Below, in pieces: positions 43,518 through 57,360 of a stretch of DNA of 64,000 bases. How positions within the stretch are numbered: the first letter of the stretch is position 1; each line of letters begins with the position of its first letter. Source of the DNA: the human T2T-CHM13v2.0 reference genome, Homo sapiens; assembly GCF_009914755.1 (NCBI RefSeq), contig NC_060938.1; one strand, 5' to 3'. The translations under genes and the position numbers were made by a program. The notes under the pieces were generated by a model. The model made no database searches and was not told the DNA's origin. It was given only the letters and a program-made list of their open reading frames with translations.

Positions 43518-44111
43518 TTCCTCCCCCTCTCTCTGTCTCTCTGTCTGTCTCTGTCTCTCTCTTTCTCTGTCTGTCTTCTCTCTCTCTCTCTCTGTGTCTC
43601 TCTCTCTCTGCCTGTCTGTTTCTCTCTCTCTGCCTCTCTCTCTCTCTCTCTCTCTGCCTGTCTCTCTCACTGTGTCTGTCTTCTGTCTTACTCCCTTTCT
43701 CTGTCTGTCTGTCGGTCTCTCTCTCTCTCTCTCCCTGTCTGTATGTTTCTCTCTGTCTCTGTCTCTCTCTCTCTTTCTGTTTCTCTCTCTCCGTCTCTGT
43801 CTTTCTCTGACTGTCTCTCTCTTTCCTTCTCTCTGTCTCTCTCTGCCTGTCTCTCTCACTCTGTCTTCTGTCTTACTCTCTCTCTCTGCCTGCCTGTCTC
43901 TCTCACTCTCTCTCTCTGTGTGTCTCTCTCTCTCTTTCTGTTTCTCTCTGTCTCTCTGTCCGTCTCTGTCTTTCTCTGTCTGTCTCTTTGTCTGTCTGTC
44001 TTTGTCTTTCCTTCTCTCTGTCTCTGTCTCTCTCACTGTGTCTGTCTTCTGTCTTAGTCTCTCTCTCTCTCTCTCCCTGTCTGTCTGTCTCTCTCTCTCT
44101 CTCCCCCTGTC

Positions 44112-44158
<47 letters not shown>

Positions 44159-44713
44159 TTGTCTTTCTTTCTGTCTCTGTCTCTCTCTCTCTCTCTGTGT
44201 GTCTGTCTTCTGTCTTACTGTCTTTCTCTGCCTGTCTGTCTGTCTGTCTCTCTCTGTCTGTCTCTCTCTCTCTCTCCCCCCTGTCGGCTGTTTCTCTGTC
44301 TCTGTCTGTGTCTCTCTTTCTGTCTGTTTCTCTCTGTCTGTCTTTCTCTCTCTGTCTCTTTCTCTCTGTCTCTCTGTCTGTCTCTGTCTCTCTCTCTGTC
44401 TCTCTCTCTCTGTGGGGGTGTGTGTGTGTGTGTGTATGTGTGTGTGTGTGTGTGTGTGTGTCTGCCTTCTGTCTTACTCTCTTTCTCTGCCTGTCTGTCT
44501 GCCTGTCTGTTTGTCTCTCTCTCTCTGCCTGTCTCTCTCCCTTCCTGTCTGTTTCTCTCTCTTTCTGTTTCTCTCTGTCTCTGTCCATCTCTGTCTTTCT
44601 CCGTCTGTCTCTTTATCTGTCTCTCTCCGTCTGTCTCTTTATCTGTCTCTCTCTCTCTTTCTGTCTTTCTCTCTCTGTGTATCGTTGTCTCTCTCTGTCT
44701 GTCTCTGTCTCTG

Positions 44714-44746
<33 letters not shown>

Positions 44747-44800
44747 GTCTGTCTGTCCGTCTGTCTGTCTCGGTCTCTGGCTCTCGCTATCTCCCGCCCT
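43518..44800 (+). repeat. Third CT-rich satellite block with internal (TG)n; its distal part also appears at 1-535
   Basis: Direct inspection. Confidence 0.95.
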
Positions 44801-46089
44801 CTCTTTTTTTGCAAAAGAAGCTCAAGTACATCTAATCTAATCCCTTACCAAGGCCTGAATTCTTCACTTCTGACATCCCAGATTTGATCTCCCTACAGAA
44901 TGCTGTACAGAACTGGCGAGTTGATTTCTGGACTTGGATACCTCATAGAAACTACATATGAATAAAGATCCAATCCTAAAATCTGGGGTGGCTTCTCCCT
45001 CGACTGTCTCGAAAAATCGTACCTCTGTTCCCCTAGGATGCCGGAAGAGTTTTCTCAATGTGCATCTGCCCGTGTCCTAAGTGATCTGTGACCGAGCCCT
45101 GTCCGTCCTGTCTCAAATATGTACGTGCAAACACTTCTCTCCATTTCCACAACTACCCACGGCCCCTTGTGGAACCACTGGCTCTTTGAAAAAAATCCCA
45201 GAAGTGGTTTTGGCTTTTTGGCTAGGAGGCCTAAGCCTGCTGAGAACTTTCCTGCCCAGGATCCTGTGTGACCAAAAGTGCCTCTGCTGGGAGCTGGGAT
45301 CCTCGGGACCATGCTTGCTAGCGCTGGATGAGTCTCTGGAAGGACGCACGGGACTCCGCAAAGCTGACCTGTCCCACCGAGGTCAAATGGATACCTCTGC
45401 ATTGGCCCGAGGCCTCCGAAGTACATCACCGTCACCAACCGTCACCGTCAGCATCCTTGTGAGCCTGCCCAAGGCCCCGCCTCCGGGGAGACTCTTGGGA
45501 GCCCGGCCTTCGTCGGCTAAAGTCCAAAGGGATGGTGACTTCCACCCACAAGGTCCCCACTGAACGGCGAAGATGTGGAGCGTAGGTCAGAGAGGGGACC
45601 AGGAGGGGAGACGTCCCGACAGGCGACGAGTTCCCAAGGCTCTGGCCACCCCACCCACGCCCCACGCCCCACGTCCCGGGCACCCGCGGGACACCGCCGC
45701 TTTATCCCCTCCTCTGTCCACAGCCAGCCCCACCCCACCACGCAACCCACGCACACACGCTGGAGGTTCCAAAACCACACGGTGTGACTAGAGCCTGACG
45801 GAGCGAGAGCCCATTTCACGAGGTGGGAGGGGTGGGGGTGGGGTGGGTTGGGGGTTGTGGGGTCTGTGGCGAGCCCGATTCTCCCTCTTGGGTGGCTACA
45901 GGCTAGAAATGAATATCGCTTCTTGGGCGGAGGGGCTTCCTTAGGCCATCACCGCTTGCGGGACTACCTCTCAAACCCTCCCTTGAGGCCACAAAATAGA
46001 TTCCACCCCACCCATCGACGTTTCCCCCGGGTGCTGGATGTATCCTGTCAAGAGACCTGAGCCTGACACCGTCGAATTAAACACCTTGA

Positions 46090-46281
<192 letters not shown>

Positions 46282-46372
46282 TAGACACGGGGTTTCACCC
46301 TCTTTCATTGGTTTTCACTGGAGATTCTAGATTCGAGCCACACCTCATTCCGTGCCACAGAGAGACTTCTTT

Positions 46373-49300
46373 TTTTTTTTTTTTTTAAGCGCAACGCAAC
46401 ATGTCTGCCTTATTTGAGTGGCTTCCTATATCATTATAATTGTGTTATAGATGAAGAAACGGTATTAAACACTGTGCTAATGATAGTGAAAGTGAAGACA
46501 AAAGAAAGGCTATCTATTTTGTGGTTAGAATAAAGTTGCTCAGTATTTAGAGCTACCTAAATACGTCAGCATTTACACTCTTCCTAGTAAAAGCTGGCCA
46601 ATCTGAATAATCCTCCTTTAAACAAACACAATTTTTGATAGGGTTAAGATTTTTTTAAGAATGCGACTCCTGCAAAATAGCTGAACAGACGATACACATT
46701 TAAAAAAATAACAACACAAGGATCAACCAGACTTGGGAAAAAATCGAAAACCACACAAGTCTTATGAAGAACTGAGTTCTTAAAATAGGACGGAGAACGT
46801 AGCTATCGGAAGAGAAGGCAGTATTGGCAAGTTGATTGTTACGTTGGTCAGCAGTAGCTGGCACTATCTTTTTGGCCATCTTTCGGGCAATGTAACTACT
46901 ACAGCAAAATGAGATATGATCCATTAAACAACATATTCGCAAATCAAAAAGTGTTTCAGTAATATAATGCTTCAGATTTAGAAGCAAATCAAATGATAGA
47001 ACTCCACTGCTGTAATAAGTCACCCCAAAGATCACCGTATCTGACAAAATAACTACCACAGGGTTATGACTTCAGAATCATACTTTCTCTTGATATTTAC
47101 TTATGTATGTATTTATTTTTTTTAATTTATTTCTCTTGAGACGGCGTCTCGCTCTGTCGCCCAGGCTGGAGTGCGATGGTGTGATCTCGGCTCACTGCAA
47201 CCGCCACCTCCCTGGGTTCAAGCGATTCTCCTGCCTCAGCCTCCCGAGTAGCTGGGACTACAGGTGCCCGCCACCACGCCCAGCTAATCTTTATACTTTT
47301 AATAGAGACGGGGTTTCACCGTGTCGGCCCGGATGGTCTCGATCTCTTGACCTCGTGACCCGCCCGCCTCGGCCTCCCAAAGTGCTGGGATGACAGGCGT
47401 GAGCCACTGAGCCCGGCCTTCTCTTGACGTTTAAACTATGAAGTCAGTCCAGAGAAACGCAATAAATGTCAACGGTGAGGATGGTGTTGAGGCAGAAGTA
47501 GGACCACACTTTTTCCTATCTTATTCAGTTGATAACAATATGACCTAGGTAGTAATTTCCTATGTGCCTACTTATACACGAGTACAAAAGAGTAAAACAG
47601 AGAGACTGCTAAATTAAAGGGTACGTGAAGTTCTTCATAGTAACTCCGTAAACTGGAACACTGTCAAAAAGCAGCAGCTAGTGAATTGTTTCCATGTATT
47701 TTTCTATGATCCAATAAGTGAACTATGCTATTCCTTTCCAGTCTCCCAAGCACTTCTTGTCCCCATCACCACTTCGGTGCTCGAAGAAAAAGTAACAAAT
47801 CAAGGAACACAACTAAAGAAACACACACACAAACCAAAGACAACTACAGCGTCTGCAAAAGTTTGCTAGAAGACTGAAACTGTTGAGTATAAGGATCTGG
47901 TATTCTACGATCATGAGTTCACTTCAGAGTTTGTTCAAGACATACGTTTCGTAAGGAAACATCTTAGTTAGAAGTTATTCAGCAGTAGGTACCATCCCTA
48001 AGTATTTTTCACCAAATTCGTGACAATAAAGAGCTATCTAACCAGAAAAATTAGCGAGTACCGGCACCATCCATAGGGCTTTGTCTTTACGCTTCATTAG
48101 CACTTACCATGCCTTACAATGTCTAGGATTGACCCTGATAGCATTTCGAAAACAAGCTAATGCTTTGTCCAGTTCTTCAGTGAAGACAAGCTCACGCCCT
48201 AATGCGCTATAGGCATAAGCATCATTTGGATCCACTTCGAGAGTTCTCTGGAAGAATTGAATCGCAATATCGTGTTCCCGTTGCAGACCGAAACAGTTCC
48301 CTGCAGCACACCAGGCCTCTGGCTGGCGAATTTTTATCCATGTCTGTGAAGTCTTTGGACAGAACTGAAAGAGCAACCTCTTTCGGAGGATGCCAAAGTG
48401 TTGTAGAGTAGATCTCCATGCCTTCGACTCTGTAATTCTCAATCCTCCTAACCTCTGAGAATTGTCTTTCAGCTTGCGTGGACTCTGAAAGTTTACAATA
48501 GGCCCTTCCGATTTGGCACAGTACCCAACCGGTATTGCAGTGGTGAGAAGCTAGATGGCTCAAGATGCTGATAGCTTCTTTGCCGTGGTAAGAACACAAA
48601 GCTAAATAACCTTTCCCCCTTTCACGAAGAAGGCTCATCAAGCCTTCCGCTGCTGCTTTTTGTAGATTAAAAGCCTGAATCTGAGGCGCGATTGCGGCTA
48701 TTTTCCCTTCTGAAATGACGGAAGAGTCCAATTTTGTCACTTCCAGGCTATCACTTATGTTCGGTGGAGTTATTGCTCCTTTATTAGTTTTACTTTTGGT
48801 TCTTCTGTTTGGGATTTTAGGTGGAAACTTCATTTTTAATTTTCTCCTATTCTCCTCGGTTGTGGAGCTGTCACTAGTCAAGAGTCGTGAATTTCTTCGA
48901 GGCGGTGCATTTGGGGGAGATGCCATAGTGGGGCTCAATACCTGAGGTGTTGCCCTTGTCGGCGGACCAGAACTTTGTGTTTTTGCAAGGACTGGAGTTA
49001 CCTTTCGGCTCTTTCCCCTCTGCGAGAAGACAGACGGTGTTCCGGTTTGGCCGATTCTGGCAACAGGCTTTTTTGAAGGGGCTCCGGTGGATGGCACGTC
49101 AATGACAGACGGTGTCTCATACCAGTGCAGTTTTGTCAATAGGGTCCGTCTCCGGGACTTGGGGTTTCTAATGGCAAAATGCCAACACTTGGGGTTAATG
49201 GACTAACAGCTGCTGGTCCTCCTAATAAACTTCGACCAGTTTTTGGTTTATGTTGAACCTGTTTAGATCATATGGAAGTTCCTGTTCCCAGTGGGACAGT

Positions 49301-50167
49301 ATCAGGTGAAAGGACAGCTGAATCGATAGAAGACACTGGGGAGTCTGTATTCAAGGAGTACTTTGAATTGGAAGATTCTAAATTCCATCCGTTTCATTCG
49401 ACGGTGTCCTGGGGTGTTTCCGTAAGAACGGTCTCGGGCTGTCTGTGACATAAACTAGGACGAGGTCCAAGTGTTGTGGCGCAACACTTGGACAGGCAGT
49501 TGCTAAAGCTCTCTAGAGAGGTGAATCAAAATGTTTGGTCAGGATCTGGCTTTTCCCCCCTATTTCACATCATGATTCAAAGGGACACCAGAGGAAAGGA
49601 TTTCAACGAAGGCTCTTTTGGTCACATTCTGATCCTTTGGTAAGCCGATCTGTCTTGCAATATACATGTCCCGACGATGGAAGGGGAAAGCGAGCTGAAT
49701 CACCAAACTCAGGAACGATAATATCATCGTGGCTTTTCTGCTTATGAAACACTCCACCCGATAAGATTTGATCCCCTTCTGCAAGCTTGCTGAGATCAAC
49801 ACAACATTTCGCAAGCAGGCATTTGCATTGCGGGGTAGTACAACTGTGTCCTTTCAAGAGTCTATATGTTTTATAGGCCTTTCCTGAGCGGTAAGAACAG
49901 GTCGCCAGTAAGAACAAGGCTTCTTCTGAGTGTACTTCTGCATAAAGGCGTTCTGCGGGGGAAACCGCATCTCGGTAGGCATAGTGGTTTAGTGCTTGCC
50001 ATATAGCAGCCTGGACGGGTCCCTGCAGCACCGCCATCCTCGAGGCTCAGGCCCACTTTCTGCAGTGCCACAGGCACCCCCCCCCCCCCCATAGCGGCTC
50101 CGGCCCGGCCAGCCTCGGCTCATTTAAAGGCACCAGCCGCCGTTACCGGGGGATGGGGGAGTCCGAG
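46373..50167 (-). pseudogene. CDC27P: CDC27 retropseudogene (second unit)
   Basis: Identical ORF translations at offset +44268. Confidence 0.92.
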
Positions 50168-50957
50168 ACAGAATGACTTCTTTATCCTGCTGACTCTGGA
50201 AAGCCCGGCGCCTTGTGATCCATTGCAAACCGAGAGTCACCTCGTGTTTAGAACACGGATCCACTCCCAAGTTCAGTGGGGGGATGTGAGGGGTGTGGCA
50301 GGTAGGACGAAGGACTCTCTTCCTTCTGATTCGGTCTGCACAGTGGGGCCTAGGGCTGGAGCTCTCTCCGTGCGGACCGCTGACTCCCTCTACCTTGGGT
50401 TCCCTCGGCCCCACCCTGGAACGCCGGGCCTTGGCAGATTCTGGCCCTTCCTGGCCCTTCAGTCGCTGTCAGAAACCCCATCTCATGCTCGGATGCCCCG
50501 AGTGACTGTGGCTCGCACCTCTCCGGAAACATTGGAAATCTCTCCTCTACGCGCGGCCACCTGAAACCACAGGAGCTCGGGACACACGTGCTTTCGGGAG
50601 AGAATGCTGAGAGTCTCTTGCCGACTCTCTCTTGACTTGAGTTCTTCGTGGGTGCGTGGTTAAGACGTAGTGAGACCAGATGTATTAACTCAGGCCGGGT
50701 GCTGGTGGCTCACGCCTGTAACCCCAACACTTTGGGAGGCCGAGGCCGTAGGATCCCTCGAGGAATCGCCTAACCCTGGGGAGGTTGAGGTTGCAGTGAG
50801 TGAGCCATAGTTGTGTCACTGTGCTCCAGTCTGGGCGAAAGACAGAATGAGGCCCTGCCACAGGCAGGCAGGCAGGCAGGCAGGCAGAAAGACAACAGCT
50901 GTATTATGTTCTTCTCAGGGTAGGAAGCAAAAATAACAGAATACAGCACTTAATTAA

Positions 50958-51080
<123 letters not shown>

Positions 51081-51302
51081 TGAGTAGCTGGGATTACAGG
51101 GAGGAGCCACCACACCCAGCTGATTTTGTATTGTTAGTAGAGACGGCATTTCTCCATGTGGGTCAGGCTGGTCTCGAACTGGCGACCCCAGTGGATCTGC
51201 CCGCCCCGGCCTCCCAAAGTGCTGGGGTGACAGGCGTGAGCCATCGTGACTGGCCGGCTACGTTTATTTATTTATTTTTTTAATTATTTTACTTTTTTTT
51301 AG

Positions 51303-51561
<259 letters not shown>

Positions 51562-52810
51562 TAGCCAGGATGGTCTCGATCTCCTGACCCCGTGATCCGT
51601 CCACCTCGGCCTCCCAAAGTGCTGGGATGACAGGCGTGAGCCACCGCCCCCGGCCTATTTATCTATTTATTAACTTTGAGTCCAGGTTATGAAACCAGTT
51701 AGTTTTTGTAATTTTTTTTTTTTTTTTTTTTTTTTTGAGACGAGGTTTCACCGTGTTGCCAAGGCTTGGACCGAGGGATCCACCGGCCCTCGGCCTCCCA
51801 AAAGTGCGGGGATGACAGGCGCGAGCCTACCGCGCCCGGACCCCCCCTTTCCCCTTCCCCCGCTTGTCTTCCCGACAGACAGTTTCACGGCAGAGCGTTT
51901 GGCTGGCGTGCTTAAACTCATTCTAAATAGAAATTTGGGACGTCAGCTTCTGGCCTCACGGACTCTGAGCCGAGGAGTCCCCTGGTCTGTCTATCACAGG
52001 ACCGTACACGTAAGGAGGAGAAAAATCGTAACGTTCAAAGTCAGTCATTTTGTGATACAGAAATACACGGATTCACCCAAAACACAGAAAGCAGTCTTTT
52101 AGAAATGGCCTTAGCCCTGGTGTCCGTGCCAGTGATTCTTTTCGGTTTGGACCTTGACTGAGAGGATTCCCAGTCGGTCTCTCGTCTCTGGACGGAAGTT
52201 CCAGATGATCCGATGGGTGGGGGACTTAGGCTGCGTCCCCCCAGGAGCCCTGGTCGATTAGTTGTGGGGATCGCCTTGGAGGGCGCGGTGACCCACTGTG
52301 CTGTGGGAGCCTCCATCCTTCCCCCCACCCCCTCCCCAGGGGATCCCAATTCATTCCGGGCTGACACGCTCACTGGCAGGCGTCGGGCATCACCTAGCGG
52401 TCACTGTTACTCTGAAAACGGAGGCCTCACAGAGGAAGGGAGCACCAGGCCGCCTGCGCACAGCCTGGGGCAACTGTGTCTTCTCCACCGCCCCCGCCCC
52501 CACCTCCAAGTTCCTCCCTCCCTTGTTGCCTAGGAAATCGCCACTTTGACGACCGGGTCTGATTGACCTTTGATCAGGCAAAAACGAACAAACAGATAAA
52601 TAAATAAAATAACACAAAAGTAACTAACTAAATAAAATAAGTCAATACAACCCATTACAATACAATAAGATACGATACGATAGGATGCGATAGGATACGA
52701 TAGGATACAATACAATACGATACGATACAATACAATACAATACAATACAATACAATACAATACAATACAATACAATACAATACGCCGGGCGCGGTGGCTC
52801 ATGCCTGTCA

Positions 52811-53062
<252 letters not shown>

Positions 53063-53322
53063 TCAAAAATAAATACATAAATAAATACATACATACATAC
53101 ATACATACATACATAAATTAAAATAAATAAATAAAATAAAATAAATAAATGGGCCCTGCGCGGTGGCTCAAGCCTGTCATCCCCTCACTTTGGGAGGCCA
53201 AGGCCGGTGGATCAAGAGGCGGTCAGACCAACAGGGCCAGTATGGTGAAACCCCGTCTCTACTCACAATACACAACATTAGCCGGGCGCTGTGCTGTGCT
53301 GTACTGTCTGTAATCCCAGCTA

Positions 53323-53616
<294 letters not shown>

Positions 53617-53887
53617 TTAACTTCATTTTATGTTATTATCATGATTGATGTTTCGAGACGGAGTCTCGGAGGCCCGCCCTCCCTGGTTGCCCAGACAACC
53701 CCGGGAGACAGACCCTGGCTGGGCCCGATTGTTCTTCTCCTTGGTCAGGGGTTTCCTTGTCTTTCTTCGTGTCTTTAACCCGCGTGGACTCTTCCGCTCG
53801 GGTTTGACAGATGGCAGCTCCACTTTAGGCCTTGTTGTTGTTGGGGACTTTCCTGATTCTCCCCAGATGTAGTGAAAGCAGGTAGAT

Positions 53888-53921
53888 TTGCCTTGCCTGG
53901 ACTTGCCTGGCCTTGCCTTTT
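53888..53921 (+). promoter_or_regulatory. RGC p53 response element (second unit)
   Basis: Same sequence as 9625-9658. Confidence 0.85.
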
Positions 53922-53947
53922 CTTTCTTTCTTTCTTTATTACTTTCT

Positions 53948-54043
<96 letters not shown>

Positions 54044-54321
54044 ACAGAGTTTCACTCTTGTTGCCCAGGCTAGAGGGCAATGGTGCGATCTCGGCTCACC
54101 GCACCCTCCGCCTCCCAGGTTCAAGCGATTCTCCTGCCTCAGCCTCCTGATTAGCTGGGATTACAGGCATGGGCCACCGTGCCTGGCTGATGTTTGTACT
54201 TTTAGTAGAGACGGTGTTTTTCCATGTTGGTCAGGCTGGTCTCCCACTCCCAACCTCAGGTGGTCCGCCTGCCTTAGCCTCCCAAAGTGCTGGGATGACA
54301 GGCGTGAGCCACCGCGCCCAG

Positions 54322-54370
<49 letters not shown>

Positions 54371-55017
54371 CGCTTGCTTGCTTGCTTTCGTGCTTTCTTG
54401 CTTTCCCGTTTTCTTGCTTTCTTTCTTTCTTTCGTTTCTTTCATGCTTGCTTTCTTGCTTGCTTGCTTGCTTTCGTGCTTTCTTGCTTTCCTGTTTTCTT
54501 TTTCTTTCTTTCTTTCTTTCTTTCTTTTGTTTCTTTCTTGCTTGCTTTCTTGCTTGCTTGCTTGCTTTCGTGCTTTCTTGCTTTCCTGTTTTCTTTCTTT
54601 CTTTCTTTCTTTTGTTTCTTTCTTGCTTGCTTTCTTGCTTGCTTGCTTTCGTGCTGTCTTGTTTTCTCGATTTCTTTCTTTCTTTTGTTTCTTTCCTGCT
54701 TGCTTTCTTGCTTGATTGCTTTCGTGCTTTCTTGCTTTCTTGTTTTCTTTCTTTCTTTTGTTTCTTTCTTTCTTGCTTCCTTGTTTTCTTGCTTTCTTGC
54801 TTGCTTGCTTTCGTGCTTTCTTGTTTTCTTGCTTTCTTTCTTTTGTTTCTTTCTTGCTTGCTTTCTTGCTTCCTTGTTTTCTTGCTTTCTTGCTTGCTTG
54901 CTTTCGTGCTTTCTTTCTTGCTTTCTTTTCTTTCTTTCTTTTCTTTTTCTTTCTTTCTTGCTTTCTTTTCTTTCATTCATTCATTCTTTCTTTCTTTCCT
55001 TTCTTTCTTTCTTTCTT

Positions 55018-55060
<43 letters not shown>

Positions 55061-55075
55061 GTTTCGTCCTTTTGA

Positions 55076-55225
<150 letters not shown>

Positions 55226-57186
55226 TGATGTTTGTGTTTTTAGTAGGCACGCCGTGTCTCTCCATGTTGCTCAGGCTGGTCTCCAACTCCCGACCTCCTG
55301 TGATGCGCCCACCTCGGCCTCTCGAAGTGCTGGGATGACGGGCGTGAGCCACCGTGCCCGGCCTGTTGACTCATTTCGCTTTTTTATTTCTTTCGTTTCC
55401 ACGCGTTTACTTATATGTATTAATGTAAACGTTTCTGTACGCTTATATGCAAACAACGACAACGTGTATCTCTGCATTGAATACTCTTGCGTATGGTAAA
55501 TACGTATCGGTTGTATGGAAATAGACTTCTGTATGATAGATGTAGGTGTTTGTGTTATACAAATAAATACACATCGCTCTATAAAGAAGGGATCGTCGAT
55601 AAAGACGTTTATTTTACGTATGAAAAGCGTCGTATTTATGTGTGTAAATGAACGAGCGTACGTAGTTATCTCTGTTTTCTTTCTTCCTCTCCTTCGTGTT
55701 TTTCTTCCTTCCTTTCTTCCTTTCTCTCCTTCTTTAGGTTTTTCTTCCTCTCTTCCTTTCCTTCTTTCTCTCTTTCTGTCCTTTTTTCCTTCGTGCTTTA
55801 TTTCTCTTTCGTTCCCTGTGTTTCCTTCTTTTTTCTTTCCTCTCTGTTTCTTTTTCCCTTCTTTCCTTCGTTTCTTTCCTCATTCTTTCTCTCTTTTTCG
55901 TGTTTCTTTCCTTCCCGTCTGTCTTTTAAAAAATGGAGTGTTTCAGAAGTTTACTTTGTGTATCTACGTTTTCTAAATTGTCTCTCTTTTCTCCATTTTC
56001 TTCCTCCCTCCCTCCCTCCCTCCCTCCCTGCTCCCTTCCCTCCCTCCTTCCCTTTCGCCATCTGTCTCTTTTCCCCACTCCCCTCCCCCCGTCTGTCTCT
56101 GCGTGGATTCCGGAAGAGCCTACGCATTCTGCCTCTCCGTGTGTCTGCAGCGACCCGCGACCGAGTCCTTGTGTGTTCTTTCTCCCTCCCTCCCTCCCTC
56201 CCTCCCTCCCTCCCTGCTTCCGAGAGGCATCTCCAAACACCCACGCGCCGTGGGTTGTCTTCTGACTCTGTCGCGGTCGAGGCAGAGACGCGTTTTGGGC
56301 ACCGTTTGTGTGGGGTTGGGGCAGAGGGGCTGCGTTTTCGGCCTCGGGAAGAGCTTCTCGACTCACGGTTTCGCTTTCGCGGTCCACGGGCCGCCCTGCC
56401 AGCCGGATCTGTCTCGCTGACGTCCGCGGCGGTTGTCGGGCTCCATCTGGCGGCCGCTTTGAGATCGTGCTCTCGGCTTCCGGAGCTGCGGTGGCAGCTG
56501 CCGAGGGAGGGGACCGTCCCCGCTGTGAGCTAGGCAGAGCTCCGGAAAGCCCGCGGTCGTCAGCCCGGCTGGCCCGGTGGCGCCAGAGCTGTGGCGCGTC
56601 GCTTGTGAGTCACAGCTCTGGCGTGCAGGTTTATGTGGGGGAGAGGCTGTCGCTGCGCTTCTGGGCCCGCGGCGGGCGTGGGGCTGCCCGGGCCGGTCGA
56701 CCAGCGCGCCGTAGCTCCCGAGGCCCGAGCCGCGACCCGCGGGGACCCGCCGCGCGTGGCGCGGGAGGCTGGGGACGCCCTTCCCGGCCCGGTCGCGGGT
56801 CCGCGCTCATCCTGGCCGTCTGAGGCGGCGGCCGAATTCGTTTCCGAGTCCCCGTGGGGAGCCGGGGACCGTCCCGCCCCCGTCCCCCGGGTGCCGGGGA
56901 GCGGTCCCCGGGCCGGGCCGCGGTCCCTCTGCCGCGATCCTTTCTGGCGAGTCCCCGTGCGGAGTCGGAGAGCGCTCCCTGAGCGCGCGTGCGGCCCGAG
57001 AGGTCGCGCCTGGCCGGCCTTCGGTCCCTCGTGTGTCCCGGTCGTAGGAGGGGCCGGCCGAAAATGCTTCCGGCTCCCGCTCTGGAGACACGGGCCGGCC
57101 CCCTGCGTGTGGCACGGGCGGCCGGGAGGGCGTCCCCGGCCCGGCGCTGCTCCCGCGTGTGTCCTGGGGTTGACCAGAGGGCCCCG

Positions 57187-57360
57187 GGCGCTCCGTGTGT
57201 GGCTGCGATGGTGGCGTTTTTGGGGACAGGTGTCCGTGTCGCGCGTCGCCTGGGCCGGCGGCGTGGTCGGTGACGCGACCTCCCGGCCCCGGGGGAGGTA
57301 TATCTTTCGCTCCGAGTCGGCATTTTGGGCCGCCGGGTTATTGCTGACGCGCTGTCCTCT
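57187..57360 (+). promoter_or_regulatory. Pol I 47S promoter of second unit (TSS 57343; T0 at 57167-57177)
   Basis: Same sequence as 12915-13088. Confidence 0.93.
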